A DNA stretch of 64,000 bases from Planctomycetota bacterium. Lineage in GTDB: Bacteria > Planctomycetota > J058 > J103. The notes under the pieces are model-generated. The model was given only the letters and a program-made list of their open reading frames with translations, was not told the DNA's origin and did not search any database. The stretch spans positions 477-64,476 of the forward strand of contig BPJM01000005.1 of NCBI GenBank assembly GCA_026004615.1. The letters run 5' to 3'. A program made the translations under genes and the position numbers. Each line of letters opens with the position of its first letter. Position 1 is the first letter of the stretch. This document shows, piece by piece, positions 42,928 through 52,663 of the stretch.

Positions 42928-44148
42928 GTGGGGGTTGAGCCGAGGGGGACAGGTGGCCGTACCCCGCCCGCGGGCGGCCAGGTGCGGGACGACGGCGCAC
43001 CACCGGCCTGGCAGGAGTGGGTGCAGGCCGGTCGCCTGGCCTCGCTCGGCAACCTGATCGCCGGCATCACCCATGAGCTGAACAACCCCCTCGCGGTCAT
43101 CTCGGGCTTCGCCGAGTTGCTCCTCGCCCAGACGCCACCCGGTGCCGAGACCCGCGAGATGATCGAGGCCATCCACGCCGAAGCGCAGCGCTGCACCCGC
43201 ATCGTCCACAACCTGATGACCTTCGCGCGCCAGCGCCGGCCCACCCTGACGCCGCTCGATCTGAACGAGATCGTGCGCGATGTGCTGGAGCTGTACCGCT
43301 TCAAGCTGTCGCTCGAGGACATCACGACCCGGGTGGAACTGGCGCCGGAGCTGCCGCTCACGCTCGGCGATCTGGCGCAGCTGCAGCAGGTGGTGCTCCA
43401 CCTGGTCGGCCATGCTCAGGCGGCGCTGCACGAGACGACCGGCACGCGCGAGATCCGCATCGCGACCCGAAGTGAGGCCGACAGCGGCGAGGTGGTGCTG
43501 GAGGTCGAGCACACCGGGGCCAGCATCCCGGAGGAGCGGCTGCTGGAGCTCTTCGAGCCCTTTCCGCCCCTCGGGGCCGCCGAGGAGGAGTGGCAGGTGG
43601 GGCTGGCGCTGTGCTACGTCCTGGTGCGCCAGCACCGCGGGCGCCTGGAGGCAGGGCCGCGCGCGGGCGGCGGGATGCGGTTCGCGGTGCGGCTTGCCGC
43701 CGGGACGCCAGGCGAGCGGGGCACGCCGCCGGACGTCGCCCGGCGCCGGGCCCTGGCGGCCGGCAAGGGGGTGCTCATCGTCGACGACGAACCGCGCTTT
43801 CTGGGCCTGATCCAGCGCGTGCTGACGGCCGAGGGCTACCGGTGTGCGACCGCACGCGACGGCGCCGAGGCGCTGCGCATGCTGGCCAGCCGGGCCTACG
43901 ACTTGATCGTGCTCGACATCCGGATGCCGACCCTGGACGGAATCGCATTCTTCCGCGAGGTGGAACGCCAGTTTCCCGAGCTGGCGCCCCGCATCCTCAT
44001 CACCTCGGGCGACACCGCGACCGAGGAGACGAAGCGGTTCTGCGCCAGCTTGCCCAATCCGGTGCTGCACAAACCGTTCGAGGTGGAGCAGCTGGTGCGC
44101 GCGATCGCCGAACTCGCCGCCACCGCCGGGCCGCGCCGCCCGGCATAG
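42928..44148 (+). CDS. Hybrid sensor histidine kinase (HisKA-HATPase-REC).
   Basis: H-box ITHELNNPLAV. ATPase: GASIPEERLLELFEPF..GLGLALCYVLVRQHRG. C-terminal REC: VLIVDDEPRFLGLIQRVLTAEGYRC...LIVLDIRMPTLDG. Confidence 0.8.
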   Translation: MGVEPRGTGGRTPPAGGQVRDDGAPPAWQEWVQAGRLASLGNLIAGITHELNNPLAVISGFAELLLAQTPPGAETREMIEAIHAEAQRCTRIVHNLMTFARQRRPTLTPLDLNEIVRDVLELYRFKLSLEDITTRVELAPELPLTLGDLAQLQQVVLHLVGHAQAALHETTGTREIRIATRSEADSGEVVLEVEHTGASIPEERLLELFEPFPPLGAAEEEWQVGLALCYVLVRQHRGRLEAGPRAGGGMRFAVRLAAGTPGERGTPPDVARRRALAAGKGVLIVDDEPRFLGLIQRVLTAEGYRCATARDGAEALRMLASRAYDLIVLDIRMPTLDGIAFFREVERQFPELAPRILITSGDTATEETKRFCASLPNPVLHKPFEVEQLVRAIAELAATAGPRRPA

Positions 44149-44191
44149 GGGCGCGCCGGGGCGCAGCGCACGCTCGCTTCGCTTCGGATTG

Positions 44192-45550
44192 CTATCCCTC
44201 CGCTGGCGTCGCCGAAGGGGTCGGCGGCGGCACCAGGCGCAGCCGCGTGATGCGCAGCCGCCGCATCCGCACGACCTCGATCCGCCAGCCCTCCACCTCC
44301 ACCACGTCGCCCACCCTGGCCAGCCGGCCGAGCCGTTGCATGACATAGCCGCCCAGGGTGTCGACCGTGGCGTCCGGAGCCTCGATTCCGAACCGCCGGC
44401 GCACCTCCGCGAGCGGGATCGCCCCGTCCACGAGCGCCACCCCGTCCGGTCCGACGCGCACCAGCCGCTCCGCCTCGCTGGCGTCGAACTCGTCGCGGAT
44501 GTCGCCGACCAGCTCCTCGAGCACGTCTTCCAGCGTCACCAGCCCCACCACCCCGCCCCACTCGTCGACCACGATCGCCATGTGGATGCCCCCGCGCTGG
44601 AACATGCGGAGCACCCGGTCGATCGTCGCGACCTCGGGCACGAAGGGAATCGGGCGCGCCAGCTTCTCCAGCGCGTCCGCTCCCAGCGCGGCGACCATCT
44701 GCTGCAGCGACGCCGCGCTGGCGGCGGTCGTCAGGTCCTTGACGTGCACCATGCCGACGATCTGCTCGATCTCGCCGCGCGCGAGCGGATAGCGGGTGTG
44801 GGCATGCCGCCGGACGGTCTCGATGTTCTCCGCGAGCGGCCGGTCGGCGAACAGGCAGTGCATGTCCGGCCGCGGCACCATGATCTCCCGGACGCAGCGC
44901 TGGCTCAGCGCCAGGGCGTTGGCGACCAGGCGCCGCTGCTGCGTGTTGAGCAGGCCCTGGGCGGCGCTCGATTCGACGAGCATGTGCAGCTCCGCGGGCG
45001 AGTGGGCCCGCTCGGCCTCGCGCGCGGGCGGCAATCCGAGCGCTCGCAGCAGCAGGTTGGCGGTACCGTTGAGCGCGACGATGGCGGGATACAACAGCAG
45101 GTAGAAGCCATGCAGCGGCCAGGCGGTCAGCAGCGTCACCGGCTCGGAGCGCTGGATGGCGAGCGACTTCGGGGCCAGTTCGCCCAGCACCACGTGCAGG
45201 AAGGTGATGATCACAAACGCGACCACCAGCGCCGTGCCGTGCACCGCGGCCGGCGAGGCCATGCCCAGTTCGCCGAGCCATGGCTCGATCAGGCGCGCGA
45301 TGGCCGGTTCACCCACCCAGCCGAGGCCTAGCGAGGCGATCGTGATCCCGAGCTGGGTCGCCGACAGATACGCATCGAGGTTGTCGATCAGGCGCCGCGC
45401 CATGCGGGCCGCTGCGCGCCCCTCGCGCACCAGCTGCTCGATGCGCGTGCGCCGCACCTTCACGATGGCGAACTCCGCGGCCACGAAGAAGCCGTTCAGC
45501 AGTACGAGCAGCAAGGCGAACACCAGCAGCAGAAACTGCGACAGATCCAT
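44192..45550 (-). CDS. CNNM/TlyC/CorC-family protein (DUF21 membrane domain + CBS pair + CorC_HlyC).
   Basis: MDLSQFLLLVFALLLVLLNGFFVAAEFAIVKVRRTRIEQL..., tandem CBS segments, and the C-terminal transporter-associated domain (GDVVEVEGWRIEVVRMRRLRITRLRL). Confidence 0.85.
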   Translation of the reverse strand: MDLSQFLLLVFALLLVLLNGFFVAAEFAIVKVRRTRIEQLVREGRAAARMARRLIDNLDAYLSATQLGITIASLGLGWVGEPAIARLIEPWLGELGMASPAAVHGTALVVAFVIITFLHVVLGELAPKSLAIQRSEPVTLLTAWPLHGFYLLLYPAIVALNGTANLLLRALGLPPAREAERAHSPAELHMLVESSAAQGLLNTQQRRLVANALALSQRCVREIMVPRPDMHCLFADRPLAENIETVRRHAHTRYPLARGEIEQIVGMVHVKDLTTAASAASLQQMVAALGADALEKLARPIPFVPEVATIDRVLRMFQRGGIHMAIVVDEWGGVVGLVTLEDVLEELVGDIRDEFDASEAERLVRVGPDGVALVDGAIPLAEVRRRFGIEAPDATVDTLGGYVMQRLGRLARVGDVVEVEGWRIEVVRMRRLRITRLRLVPPPTPSATPAEG

Positions 45551-45731
45551 GAGCGGTCTCCAGCAGGATTCAAAACCGGCGCCAGCACGGCAGCGCGGGC
45601 GAACGGACCGGGCGCCGGGGGGCGGATGGCGGCCAGGACGCGAGCTCCTCCCGGGCGCACCGCAAGCCGCTGGCGGGCTGCCGCGCTCGCCCCAGGCTGC
45701 GGTCGGGCCGCCGTGCTGCCCTCACCGGCGA

Positions 45732-46772
45732 TCAGGCCTCGAGCTGCGCATCGGCGGCCACCCGCGCGCGCATCGCGCTCAGGTGGGCATGCAGCGCTTC
45801 GCGAACCTCGGCGGGCTCCAGCACCTCGGCGCCCGGACCGTAGCGGAGGATCTCGTTGAGCAGCCAGGTCAGGCTCTTGGCGGGGATGGTGACGATGAGC
45901 GAACCGTCGGGCGCCTCCTCGCGCAGCGGCGCCGGCACCTGCTCGCGGATCCAGCGCACCTGCTCGCCCCGTACCCGCACCCGGGCGCGATAGCGTACGT
46001 CGCGGGTGAAGTCCATGGCGCGCCGTTCGTAGCGCGCGAGATCGAAGCCCGCGGGCGGACGGAAGCGCTGCTCGAGCGCGCGTGCCGCCCGCAGCCGGTC
46101 GACGCGGAAGCTGCGCACCTCTTCGGAGCGCTTGCAGTAGGCCACCAGATAGTACTCGCCGCCCTTGTCCACGAAGCCCAGCGGCTGGACCACCCGCGGG
46201 GCGGTCGCATCCGAGGAGGCGGAGTAGTATTCGATCTCGACCTCGCGCCGCTGCTCGACCGCCGGCACCAGGACCTCGAGGACCTCTTTGATGCGGGTGC
46301 GCCAGGGAGGCACGCCGAACGCCGGTCCCTTGCCGGCCTGGGTCGCGAGCCGCGCGGCCGCTGCCTCCTCGCGGGTGGTACGCGCCAGCAGACCGCCAGA
46401 CCGCCCCAGGATCGCGTGGATACGGTCGAGCAGTGAGCGCCGCGCCTCTGCGTAGACCGGGTCGCCCCCCGGTGGCAGCGACTCGATGGCGAGCTTGAGC
46501 GCCAGCGCTTCGGTGAGGGTGAAGCGGATCGGCCGGCGGAAGTGCTCGGCGAACCGGATCTCGACCCGGCCATCCTCGACGTAGACCCCGATGTAGTCGT
46601 CGGGCAGGTAGGGCGGCACCCCGCACAACAGCACCCGGTCGAGATCCGCCATGATCTCCGCGGGCGAGGCACCGAGGTAGCGCGCCAGGTCCTCCAGCGC
46701 CACGCCCTGGTGCTTGCGCACGTAGGGGATGAGCGCCAGGATGCGCTGGATGCGGTGCTTGGGATCGCTCAC
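45732..46772 (-). CDS. WYL-domain transcriptional regulator (HTH-WYL-WCX, PafB/PafC-like), copy 2.
   Basis: wHTH: RIQRILALIPYVRKHQGVALEDLARYLGASPAEIMADL. WYL: EYYSASSDATAPRVVQPLGFVDKGGEYYLVAYC...RSFRVDRL. A GTG start at 46772 overlaps the upstream paralog's TGA (GTGA). Confidence 0.8.
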   Translation of the reverse strand: MSDPKHRIQRILALIPYVRKHQGVALEDLARYLGASPAEIMADLDRVLLCGVPPYLPDDYIGVYVEDGRVEIRFAEHFRRPIRFTLTEALALKLAIESLPPGGDPVYAEARRSLLDRIHAILGRSGGLLARTTREEAAAARLATQAGKGPAFGVPPWRTRIKEVLEVLVPAVEQRREVEIEYYSASSDATAPRVVQPLGFVDKGGEYYLVAYCKRSEEVRSFRVDRLRAARALEQRFRPPAGFDLARYERRAMDFTRDVRYRARVRVRGEQVRWIREQVPAPLREEAPDGSLIVTIPAKSLTWLLNEILRYGPGAEVLEPAEVREALHAHLSAMRARVAADAQLEA

Positions 46773-48001
46773 GTCCGCCCCGCTCTGCGCTCGCCCCCTC
46801 CCGCGTGCGGTGCGGCCTGCTGCGGGCGCTCCTTGCCGGCAGCCCCGCCGGCGGCCGCCTCCGGCCGGTGCCGCTCGAGCAGCTGATCGAGCGCTGCCAG
46901 CAGCTCGCGCCGCATGCTCTCGGGCTCGACGATGCGCACATGGCGCAGCTTGGGCAACACCCACGCGATGAAGGCTTCGCGCCGGCGCACCTCGAAGACC
47001 ATCCGCACCCCGCCGCCGGGCAACGGCTCCAGCGAGCGGCGGGAGATCGGGCCCTGCAGGAACCAGCCGATGTGGGCATCCGCCTCGATCACGACCTCGG
47101 TCGGTGGCGCATCGGAGTACTCCCACGGCGGGCGCTCGAGGTAGTCGTGGAGGCGGAACTCCTCGGGCACCGAAAACGCGTGGGGTTCGCTGATCGTCGC
47201 CACGCCGCCCCGGATCCGGTCGAGCCGGAACGACTGCACCCGGTCGCGCCAGTGATCGCGTCCCACCAGGTACCAGGCGCCGCGCGCATAGCCGAGCCCA
47301 TACGGATCGACGGTACGCCGGCGCGTCTCGTCGCGGCTCATGCTGTAGTAGTCGAACGCCACGGTGCGGCTCGCCAGCGCCGCCGCCACCAGCGCTGGGA
47401 GGTTGGGATCGGCGCGCAGCCCGGCGATCAGATCGAGGTGGAGCACCGCCGAACGCCAGGCGCTTCCCTCGCTCCCCTGCTCCTGGGGGAGCGGGGCGGC
47501 ACGGCGCGGCCGCCCCCGCCGGCGCCGCGGGGGGGCGGGCACCGCAGGCCGCCCGCCGCCGGCCGCCTCCAGATCGACATCGAACGACAGCTTGCGCAGC
47601 GCCGAGATCAGATCGGGCAGGAACTCGCTCCGGTTGCGGATCGCATGCTCGCTGATCAGGTTGAGCAACGCGACCTCGTGCGGCAGCAGATCCACCTCGT
47701 CCAGGAACACCGCCTCGCGCGGGATCATGTAGCCCTCGGTCTCGAAGGCCCCCGGCGGGCAGTAGCGGATGGGGATGCCCATCTCCTTGAGCGCCGCCTT
47801 GTCACGCTCGAAGCGGCGCTCCAGCGACTTGGGATCGCTGCCATCGTCGTAGCCGACGACGCGGCCGGCGATGTCGCGCCAGGGGACCGGCTGGCGCTCC
47901 TTGAGCAGGTAGCTGACGAGGTTGAGCAGCCGCTCGGTCTTGGAGATCCGCGCCACCGGCGCCCCCTCGACGACCGCGCCCGGTCGGTGTGCGCTGGCCA
48001 A
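46769..48001 (-). CDS. WYL-domain transcriptional regulator (PafB/PafC-like), copy 1.
   Basis: RISKTERLLNLVSYLLKERQPVPWRDIAGRV... then WYL: AFDYYSMSRDETRRRTVDPYGLGYARGAWYLVGRDHWRDRVQSFRLDRI. Confidence 0.8.
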   Translation of the reverse strand: MASAHRPGAVVEGAPVARISKTERLLNLVSYLLKERQPVPWRDIAGRVVGYDDGSDPKSLERRFERDKAALKEMGIPIRYCPPGAFETEGYMIPREAVFLDEVDLLPHEVALLNLISEHAIRNRSEFLPDLISALRKLSFDVDLEAAGGGRPAVPAPPRRRRGRPRRAAPLPQEQGSEGSAWRSAVLHLDLIAGLRADPNLPALVAAALASRTVAFDYYSMSRDETRRRTVDPYGLGYARGAWYLVGRDHWRDRVQSFRLDRIRGGVATISEPHAFSVPEEFRLHDYLERPPWEYSDAPPTEVVIEADAHIGWFLQGPISRRSLEPLPGGGVRMVFEVRRREAFIAWVLPKLRHVRIVEPESMRRELLAALDQLLERHRPEAAAGGAAGKERPQQAAPHAGGGERRAGRT

Positions 48002-48124
48002 CCGCTGGCGAATGTAGCCGTCGGGCGCGATGGCATCAAGCGCCGCCGGCGAAGCGCCGCCGGCCGCTGCCCGGCGAGCGGACGGGCGCTGTCGGGTGCG
48101 CAGAACCGTAACGCGGGCCCGGTC

Positions 48125-48823
48125 CTACCGGTGCTCCCCTTCGCCGTCCCGGCTCGGGCCGGCGGGCAACTCCGCCCCGGGCTGTTCCGTCACGGCGGTG
48201 ACCTGCCAGCTCGGCGGCGCCGGCGTCTCGGCGGCGACGGTGCCGCCGCCCAGCAGCGTCTCGCTGACGGAACGCAGCAGGCTTGCCGGCTGCAACGCGA
48301 GCAGCGCGCCCACCGCGAGCAGCGCCGCCGCCACCGCTCCGGCCAGCGCGCCGGAGCGCCGCCGTTGCCGCCGCTCCCACGCTGCCAGGCGCTCTTCGGC
48401 CCGCACCTGCGCCTCCGCCTGCACCATGCCGAAGCGGTCGGCGAGCACGCGCGTCGCCTCCGACCAGCGCTGCTCCAGGCGCGCGCTGCTCTCGCGGATC
48501 GCCCGCACCACCTCGGGCAGGCTGTGGTGCAGCTCGCGGCGCAGCAGCTCGCCGGGACGAGCGGCGCACCGGCCGGACCGTTCGATCGAGCGCTGCACGG
48601 CGTCCAGGGCCTCGAGCTGGCGCTCCGCCTCCAGCGGCAGGACCTCGAGCGAGCGCGCCAGCCCCTCCAACCGCTCCATGAGGCGCTGCGCGCGCTGGTT
48701 CTGCGCCTCCAGCGTGCGGCCGACCTCTTCGATCAGCTCGGTGACCCGCCGGAAGCTGTGCCCGAGCGAGATGATGTCGGTGGGGCTCCAGGCGGCCTCC
48801 AGCTGCGCGGGCAACAGCGGCAT
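48125..48823 (-). CDS. Hypothetical coiled-coil protein with a C-terminal TM segment.
   Basis: Helical heptad-like N-terminus. TM: ALAGAVAAALLAVGALLAL. Weak evidence; the ORF is protein-like in composition. Confidence 0.4.
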   Translation of the reverse strand: MPLLPAQLEAAWSPTDIISLGHSFRRVTELIEEVGRTLEAQNQRAQRLMERLEGLARSLEVLPLEAERQLEALDAVQRSIERSGRCAARPGELLRRELHHSLPEVVRAIRESSARLEQRWSEATRVLADRFGMVQAEAQVRAEERLAAWERRQRRRSGALAGAVAAALLAVGALLALQPASLLRSVSETLLGGGTVAAETPAPPSWQVTAVTEQPGAELPAGPSRDGEGEHR

Positions 48824-49088
48824 TCGATCCGCCGGGGGGGCTGCCCGGCGCCAACGCCCGCCGGCATGCCACCCGCTCGTGCGCCCGCGGGACGGCCCCC
48901 ATCCGCTTCCGCCCGTACCGCGTGCCGGCGCTGCGATCGCGACCGCTTCGAGCGCTCCCTGCCCATCGCCTGTTCCCCCGATCCGGCGCGGCCGGCGAGG
49001 CCGCCTGCAGGGAGGATCGACACGGCGGGAGGCAGGCCTTTAGCGGCGCGAGCGCCGGGCGGGCGAACTGCTCTGGCCGGGGGCCTGC

Positions 49089-51056
49089 CTACTGGATCCC
49101 CAGCCGCTGGCGCACCTGGGCGAGCAGGCGCTCGCGCCGCAGCTCCAGCCCGGGATCGTCGGTGGGGACGGCGTCCCGCAGGTAATCGAAGGCGACCTCG
49201 GGCTTGCCCGCGGCGAGCGCCTGTTCGGCCAGTTCCACCGCCCGGCGCATGGCCTCGCGCGCTGCGGCGTCGACGTGCGAGCGCAGCCGTGCGACCTCCG
49301 CGGCATGCGAGGTGCCCTGGGCCTCGCGCGCCAGTTCCGCCAGGCGCTGGCGCGCCTCGGCGAAGCGTTCCTGGGCCAGCAGCTCGGCCAGCTCCCCCGC
49401 CTGCAGCGCGGCCAGCCGCCCGCCCACCCACCGCTCGCGCACCTCGTCGGGCGCGGGCAGCGCGGCCCGGGCCTGCTCCGCCGTGGACTGCGTGTGCCGC
49501 GCCGCCTCACCGGCGCCTGGACGCCGATTCTGCAGCAGCGCCAGCGCCAGCGCCGCGGCGACGGTACCTGCCACCAGCACCGCGGCCAGCAGCCCCCGCC
49601 GGCCCACGCGGGCGGGCGGCCCTCCGAGCCGCCGCTCCTCGGGCGAGGCGAGCGGCAGCCGCCGCGCGCGTGGCAGGGCGAGCCGGCCGCTGGCCGAGTC
49701 CGCGCGCCGCTCGGCGGCAAAGGGGTTCTTGCCCTTGCGGATGGCGATGATGTCCCGCACCAGCTCCTCGGCGGTCTGGTAGCGGCGCTCGGGGTCCTTG
49801 TGCATCATGCGCTCGAGCAGTTTCGCCACCGGACGGCTCACCCCCGGGGCGCGGCGGCGGATGGGGATCGGCTCCTCGGCGATGTGGCGCGCCATGATGG
49901 TGGCGGGGTTGTCGCCGACGAACGGCGGTTCGCCCGCGAGCATGTGGTAGAGAGTGGCGCCGAGGCTGTAGATGTCGCTCCGCACGTCGACGTCGGTCAC
50001 CCCCCGCGCCAGCTCCGGCGAGACGTAGTAGGGCGTGCCGAGCGTCTTGCCCTCGGTGGTCAACGAGCAATCGCTGGTCAGCTGCTTGGACAGGCCCAGG
50101 TCGGTCAGCTTCGCCACCCCGTTCGGGGTGACGAGGATGTTCTCCGGTTTGACGTCGCGGTGCACGATATGTCGGGACGAGGCGTGCGCGAGCGCCTTGG
50201 CGACCTGCAGCACGATCGCCAGCGCCTCGTCCTCGTCGAACGGACCGTCCTCCTTGATCATCTCGGCGACCGACCAGCCGTCGACGTATTCCATGGCGTA
50301 GTAGTACAGCCCGTTGGATTCCCCGACATCGATCGCCGAGACGATGTTGGGGTGGTTCAACGAACCGGCGAGCTTGGCCTCGCGCACGAACCGCTTGAGG
50401 AAGCGGGCATGGGAGGCGTAGCGCGGCGCCAGCACCTTGAGCGCCACCTCCCGCCGCAGCGACTTCTGCACCGCGCGGTAGACCACCCCCATGCCGCCCT
50501 GTCCGCGGCGCTCCAGCAGCTTGTAGCCCGCGATGGGATCCCGGGTGCGCTGCAGCCGCAGCACGTACTTGGCCTGGGTGGCGGTGAGCAGGCCCAGCTT
50601 GACCGCGATCTTGCCGATCTTGTGCCGCCTGCCCTCCGCGCGGAGCCGCCGCTGCACCCGCAGCGCCTCCTCGATCTGCGGCGCCGTGCAGAAACGCTGC
50701 AGCACCGCGAGCTCCCCGAACAGCAGCTCGCCCTCGGCGCCGACGGCGGGCGCCGGCTCGACCGGGGCGCGAGCAGCGGAGCCGGCGGGCAGGGGCGGCA
50801 GGGTGGCCGCAGCGGAGCTGCTGCCGCCGCGCAGCGCCTCCATCTCGCCGTCGGAGGAGTACAGGGGAGGCGGTGCGAGGTGCGCCACCGCGTCGCTGCC
50901 GTCACGGTCCTCCTCGGCGCCGGCGGGCTCCGCGGCCCCGCCCGCGTGCGCCGGCACGGCGGGCCCACCCTGCTCCGGCGGCGGGCTGTCCGTGCTGGCG
51001 CGCGCCGCCAGACCGTCGGTCCCGGTCGTGCTCTGCGGTTGCGGGTCGTCTCGCAT
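49089..51056 (-). CDS. Ser/Thr protein kinase, a paralog of the 36229 kinase. It has an N-terminal MshEN/T2SSE_N-like domain, then the kinase, then a TM segment and a helical tail.
   Basis: LLFGELAVLQRFCTAPQIEEALRVQRRL...IGKIAVKLGLLTATQAKYVL. Kinase: GQGGMGVVYRAVQ, HRDVKPENI, DLGLSK, GTPYYVSPE. TM: GLLAAVLVAGTVAAALALALL. Confidence 0.85.
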   Translation of the reverse strand: MRDDPQPQSTTGTDGLAARASTDSPPPEQGGPAVPAHAGGAAEPAGAEEDRDGSDAVAHLAPPPLYSSDGEMEALRGGSSSAAATLPPLPAGSAARAPVEPAPAVGAEGELLFGELAVLQRFCTAPQIEEALRVQRRLRAEGRRHKIGKIAVKLGLLTATQAKYVLRLQRTRDPIAGYKLLERRGQGGMGVVYRAVQKSLRREVALKVLAPRYASHARFLKRFVREAKLAGSLNHPNIVSAIDVGESNGLYYYAMEYVDGWSVAEMIKEDGPFDEDEALAIVLQVAKALAHASSRHIVHRDVKPENILVTPNGVAKLTDLGLSKQLTSDCSLTTEGKTLGTPYYVSPELARGVTDVDVRSDIYSLGATLYHMLAGEPPFVGDNPATIMARHIAEEPIPIRRRAPGVSRPVAKLLERMMHKDPERRYQTAEELVRDIIAIRKGKNPFAAERRADSASGRLALPRARRLPLASPEERRLGGPPARVGRRGLLAAVLVAGTVAAALALALLQNRRPGAGEAARHTQSTAEQARAALPAPDEVRERWVGGRLAALQAGELAELLAQERFAEARQRLAELAREAQGTSHAAEVARLRSHVDAAAREAMRRAVELAEQALAAGKPEVAFDYLRDAVPTDDPGLELRRERLLAQVRQRLGIQ

Positions 51057-51090
51057 CGCCGCCGTCCGCTGCCGGTTGCAGCCGGCCTCT

Positions 51091-51981
51091 TCAGTCTAGC
51101 ACGCAGCCGACGCCGCGGGCCTGCTGCCCCGCGCTCGGGCCGGCCGCGACACCGCCGCGCTGCGGCGGGGGATCGACCGGGGGTGCCAGCACCGCCACCA
51201 GTTCGTGCTCCGCGCGCTCGAGTTCTCCCTCGACCAGCTGCCAGCCCAGACGCGCGGCAAACGCGGCGCGCAGTGCTGCCGCCAGTTCGGCCCGGCTCAC
51301 CGGGCGGCCGGCGGCGAGCCGCACCGTGGTCGCCGCCGGCGCGTTGGGGCGGGCGCCGAGCGGTATCGCCCCGTGCATGAGCAGCGCCCGGCCGGCGTGG
51401 CGCTGCGCGCTCGCGATGAGCTTGCGCCCGCCGGCGAAGATCGCCGCGCCGCGCGCCCGCTCGTAGCACAGTGCCGGTTCGTCGCCCGCCCCGGGTCGGG
51501 GCGCGGCCGGCAGCGGCTCGCAGCCTCCGGACGCCTGGGCGCCGCCGGCCGGTCCGCGAGCCGGCGCCATCTCCGCGGCGCACCGTCCAGTGGCGCCGTT
51601 GCGCAGCTCCGCCGCGATCCCCAGCCGGTCGAGCGCCTCCAGCAGCGCCGCGTGCACCGCGGCGATCGCCGCCCGCAGTGCGCCGCGGCGGGGCCGCCCG
51701 CCGCCGAGCGCGGCGAGGGGGGCGGCGATCGCATAGGTCAGTTCGTCCCGATGCAGCACCGCTCCCCCCCCGCTGGGTCGCCGCACCCACGGCAGGCTCC
51801 GCAGCGCCGGCGGCGCCTGATCGCGCGCGAGCTGCTGGAAGCGGCCCAGCGAGACCGCCGGCTCCCTCCATCCGTACACCCGCAGGGTCGGACGGCGTTC
51901 CGCCCCGGCGAGCAGCGCCGCATCCAGACCCATGTTCCAGCCCGGGGCGCCCTCACCGGTGTCCAGGTAGCGCACGCGCAT
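51091..51981 (-). CDS. Lipoate-protein ligase / octanoyltransferase family protein (BPL/LPL catalytic domain) with an Ala/Gly-rich insertion.
   Basis: RRPSGGGAVLHRDELTYAIAAP and a catalytic Lys region (AGGRKLIASAQRHAGRALLMHGAI). Confidence 0.6.
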   Translation of the reverse strand: MRVRYLDTGEGAPGWNMGLDAALLAGAERRPTLRVYGWREPAVSLGRFQQLARDQAPPALRSLPWVRRPSGGGAVLHRDELTYAIAAPLAALGGGRPRRGALRAAIAAVHAALLEALDRLGIAAELRNGATGRCAAEMAPARGPAGGAQASGGCEPLPAAPRPGAGDEPALCYERARGAAIFAGGRKLIASAQRHAGRALLMHGAIPLGARPNAPAATTVRLAAGRPVSRAELAAALRAAFAARLGWQLVEGELERAEHELVAVLAPPVDPPPQRGGVAAGPSAGQQARGVGCVLD

Positions 51982-52132
51982 CTCCGCCCAACCGCCTCGG
52001 ATCCGAAACAGGGGATGGTAGCACTGCGGTCAAGGGCGTGGCGGCCCAGACCGCCTCCAGCCCCGGGCTGCAGGAGCGGGGGGGCGCGAGGGGCCGGCGC
52101 TCCGGGGCGGCTCGGGCGCGGCAAGCGCGCGC

Positions 52133-52648
52133 TTGCAAGCGCGGTGCGGATGCCCGATGCTGCGGAGCGGCGACGGCGGGGCAGCGGAGGAGCTGCCGGT
52201 GCGGCGAGCGGCGATCGCGCTGGTGGCGCTGGTGGCGCTCGGGCTCGGCTGGCGAGCGCTGTTTTCGCGGCCGCAGGACGAGGCGGCGCGGGTGCGGGAG
52301 GTGATCGACGCCGTGATCGCGGCGCTGGAGGACAAGGCCACCGGCAGGGTGCTGGAGCACCTCGCACCGGACTACCGCGACGCCGGCGGACTCGATCGGG
52401 CCGGCGTCCACCGGGTGCTGGTCGCCACCTTTTTGCGGCGCCGCGCGATCGCGGTGAACAGGCTGACTCCGACCCGGGTCGAGCTGCGTCCCGATCGTAC
52501 CGCCACCGCCTCGTTCACCGTGGCGGTGAGCGAGGGGCTGTCAGCCGGCGCCCTGGCCGATGCGGGGATCTGGGACGTCGAGGTGGAGCTGGCGGAGCGC
52601 GAGGGCGCCTGGCGGATCACCGGGCACCGGCGCGTGCGCAGGCGCTAG
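52133..52648 (+). CDS. Hypothetical membrane-anchored protein (possibly an NTF2-like fold).
   Basis: N-terminal TM: AAIALVALVALGLGW. The soluble domain shows alternating beta-like segments. Weak. Confidence 0.4.
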   Translation: MQARCGCPMLRSGDGGAAEELPVRRAAIALVALVALGLGWRALFSRPQDEAARVREVIDAVIAALEDKATGRVLEHLAPDYRDAGGLDRAGVHRVLVATFLRRRAIAVNRLTPTRVELRPDRTATASFTVAVSEGLSAGALADAGIWDVEVELAEREGAWRITGHRRVRRR

Positions 52649-52663
52649 GCGGGAGCGGGTGCG

